A stretch of 64,000 nucleotides of DNA from Macrostomum lignano (taxonomy: Eukaryota), in NCBI GenBank assembly GCA_002269645.1, contig NIVC01000199.1, positions 731,069 through 795,068 on the forward strand, written 5' to 3'. The notes beneath the pieces were generated by a model. That model was given only the letters and a program-made list of their open reading frames with translations. It ran no database searches and was not told the DNA's origin. Of the stretch, positions 61,556 through 64,000 are shown one piece after another. The position numbers and the translations under genes are program-made. Numbering within the stretch: position 1 is the first letter of the stretch; each line of letters starts with the position of its first letter.

Positions 61556-64000
61556 GAGAAAGAAGAGAGGAGAAAGGAGAGATGATAAAGTAAAGGGAAG
61601 AAGAGGAGAGAGGAAAGAGATGAGATTGTGGAGATGAGAGAGTAGAGATGAGAGATGAAGGAAGAGAGGCAGAGTGCAAAGAGACAAGAGAAGAGAATAG
61701 AGGGGAGAGAGTATAGAAGAGGAAGAGAAGAGGAGTAAGAAGAGAGGATTCAGTAGAGGGGAAAGAGAAGAGTACACAGGAGAGTGGAGAGTAAAGATGA
61801 CAGAAGAGAGTGGGGGTAGAGAGCAAAGATGAGAGTGAACGCGATATATGAGAGGAGAGAGGAGAGTGAAGAGAGAAGAGAGAAGACAAGAGAGGGAGAG
61901 AATAGAAGAGGGAAGAGAAAAGAAGGGAAAAAGGAGAAAGGAAAGAGAGGAGTCAAAAGAGGGGAAAGATCGAAGAGTACAGATAAGAGAGGTGAGAGAA
62001 CATACGAGTATAAGAGAGTAAAGATGGCAGATGAGAGAGGAGAGATGACAGACCAGAGACAAGAGTGAACAGATAAGAGATGGGAGAGGGGAGAAAAAGG
62101 ATAGAAATAAGAGATGAGAGGTGAGACAAAGGGAGAGAGAAGTGAGTGAGGAGAGAGGAGGGGAGGGGAAAGAACCAAGAAGACAGGGGAAAGAGGAGAA
62201 AGGACGAGAGACGAGAGGAAACAGGGGAGAGATTAGAGGAGAAAGAGATATGGGACAGGAGAGAGCAGAGAGATAAGAGGAGAGAGAGGGAGAGAGAGGA
62301 AAGAGAGAGGAGAAAACATGCAGAAAGAATGAGAAGAGAGAAAAGATAAAAGAGGAGAAAGAAGAGATAGATAAGAGAGCAAAGACGAGAGAGAAGAGAG
62401 GTGAGGGAAGAGACGATAAAAGAGAGGAGAGAGGAGAGCGGAAAGAAGAGAAGAGATGAGAGGAGAGAGAGGAGAGAGTAGAGAGTAGAGAGGAGGGAGG
62501 AGAGGAGGGATAAAAGAATAGAAGGGAGAGAGAATAGACGAGAGAATAGGGGATAGAGGAGAGAGAGAAGAGACAGAGACGAGAGAGAGGAGAGGAAACA
62601 GAAGAGAAGGTCGAAGTTTTTAAGGATCCAAGGACATAAGGAGAGGCAGAGGCCAGAGTTTGCCTGTTCGCAGCACCCCAGCCAACAATATAAATGTTTG
62701 CCTCAAATCCTAATTTTTCACGAATGTACTCTATTTTATGTTTAATTCTAACCTAACTATATATTAACGAGTTTTTGTTTGAGTTTGACCTCAGATTTTA
62801 GAATACGAGTACATGCAAAAATAGTTCCAGGGATTGAAATTCCCCGGGTTCAAAATCCGCGGTTTCAACAGCTTGTAAAATACGTAAATGAAATTCAAAT
62901 TTGTCTACCATAAATTCAAATTTGTTTACCAGTGAATTATTAATTACCTTACCTTACCTTACCTTACCTTACCTTGGCTTAGACTTACCTTATCATGGCG
63001 TGCTGCGGCGCACAAAATATTTTCTTCACGGCGCACGGCGCACAGTGGTCAAAAGCCATCAAAATAGTTCTGGCGCACACTATGCTACCTTCCCGACTAA
63101 GGTATACGTATAAAAAAGCAGTGTATTCAATTTAGCATAATTTGGTATAAAAGACAATGACATACATTAGACAATTAGTGTAACAACATAATAATCAAGA
63201 TACGAGTAAGAAGTCTTTGAAGTCTAGGAATATTTACCTTTATAGTTCCTATAAAATAGATATTTTCAACTAGCATTATCAATTTAACTAGTCAAATAAC
63301 AAAAATCCTATTCATCTGGTATTAACTAGATAAATGGGAAAGCCAAGGACCACTAGAAGTCTTCTAGGCCTAGTGGTCCTTGGAGAAAGCATGGCCATTA
63401 TCTAGTAACCAGACAAATAACCACATCGCTATTCATCCGACGTCTGGTCACGGTCACTAGACAAATAACAACTGCCTAGGGCAAAAAGAAGTGAAAGGCC
63501 TAGGCTGTGAATTAAACTTATATTTATACTAAACATAGGCCTAGCAAATAGGTTAGGGCCTAGCTGAAATATCTGTGGTAAATTTATGGTTAGGATTGTT
63601 AATAGGGAGGAGTGTGGTAGACAAAGAGAGTTGGCTAACTGAAAAGTACACTTCAGACTAAATTGCAAAATAAAAAGTACATATTTTTAAAAGATAAAAA
63701 TCCCACACATGTTGTCTAATCCATAGTCTAGAAGAGGGGCTTTGCAATCCAGACTCATAGCTTTTGGTATACACTTAGTGTACAATTTTTTTTTTAAATC
63801 TGGCATTTTATTTGGCTACACTGGTATATAAAAATGAATAGTGAAAAAAGTGGCATACTGCCACGGAATCAAATTTAAAAAATAGTAAATAAAAATGGAA
63901 AGTAATTATTTGAAAGAATGAAAGAAATCTTGGCATGTATTGATGTTTGCTACAAAGAGTAGGCCTATCAGCCAAAAAACCAAAAAAGTGAAACAAAAGA
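57795..64000 (-). repeat. Right arm of the giant inverted repeat (runs off window)
   Basis: Reverse complement of 47360-53244 plus one extra 299-bp insertion. Confidence 0.95.
60645..60943. mobile_element. hAT-like MITE present only in the right arm; TIR CATACATGCGCAAC, 8-bp TSD GTTAGACT
   Basis: GTTAGACT at 60637-60644 and 60944-60951; empty site (AGTCTAAC) in the left arm near 50404. Confidence 0.9.

Noticed and set aside
47360-64000. Polinton/Maverick or other autonomous giant transposon
   Set aside because: No polB, integrase, capsid or transposase ORF in the arms or spacer; the arms are far longer than typical TIRs and are made of nested MITEs.

Overview
Eukaryotic (metazoan) genomic DNA. 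GC-rich exons and minisatellite-packed introns resemble flatworm genomes such as Macrostomum; this is an inference and was not verified. Left edge: an apparently intact non-LTR retrotransposon ORF on the minus strand (3546 to <1), missed by the ORF track because it runs off the window. In one stop-free frame it encodes a 2A-like GDVEVNPGP motif, PHD, PWWP, PHD, PHD, APE endonuclease and RT, and is the most notable feature here. Next is a 9-exon Turtle/IGSF9-like gene (5 Ig + 2 FN3 + TM, 10282-31022, +), most of whose introns carry tandem arrays. It is followed by an RT-less Ty3/Gypsy remnant, a two-exon triple-Tudor gene (+) and an RPUSD4-like pseudouridine synthase (-). A strongly CpG-depleted TE-relic zone occupies about 41.3-47.5 kb. 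The window ends with a giant inverted repeat (arms >=5.9 kb: 47360-53244 and 57795->64000) around a 4.5-kb spacer containing a 168-bp satellite and fragments of three retroelements. All analysis was by eye; no database searches were run.
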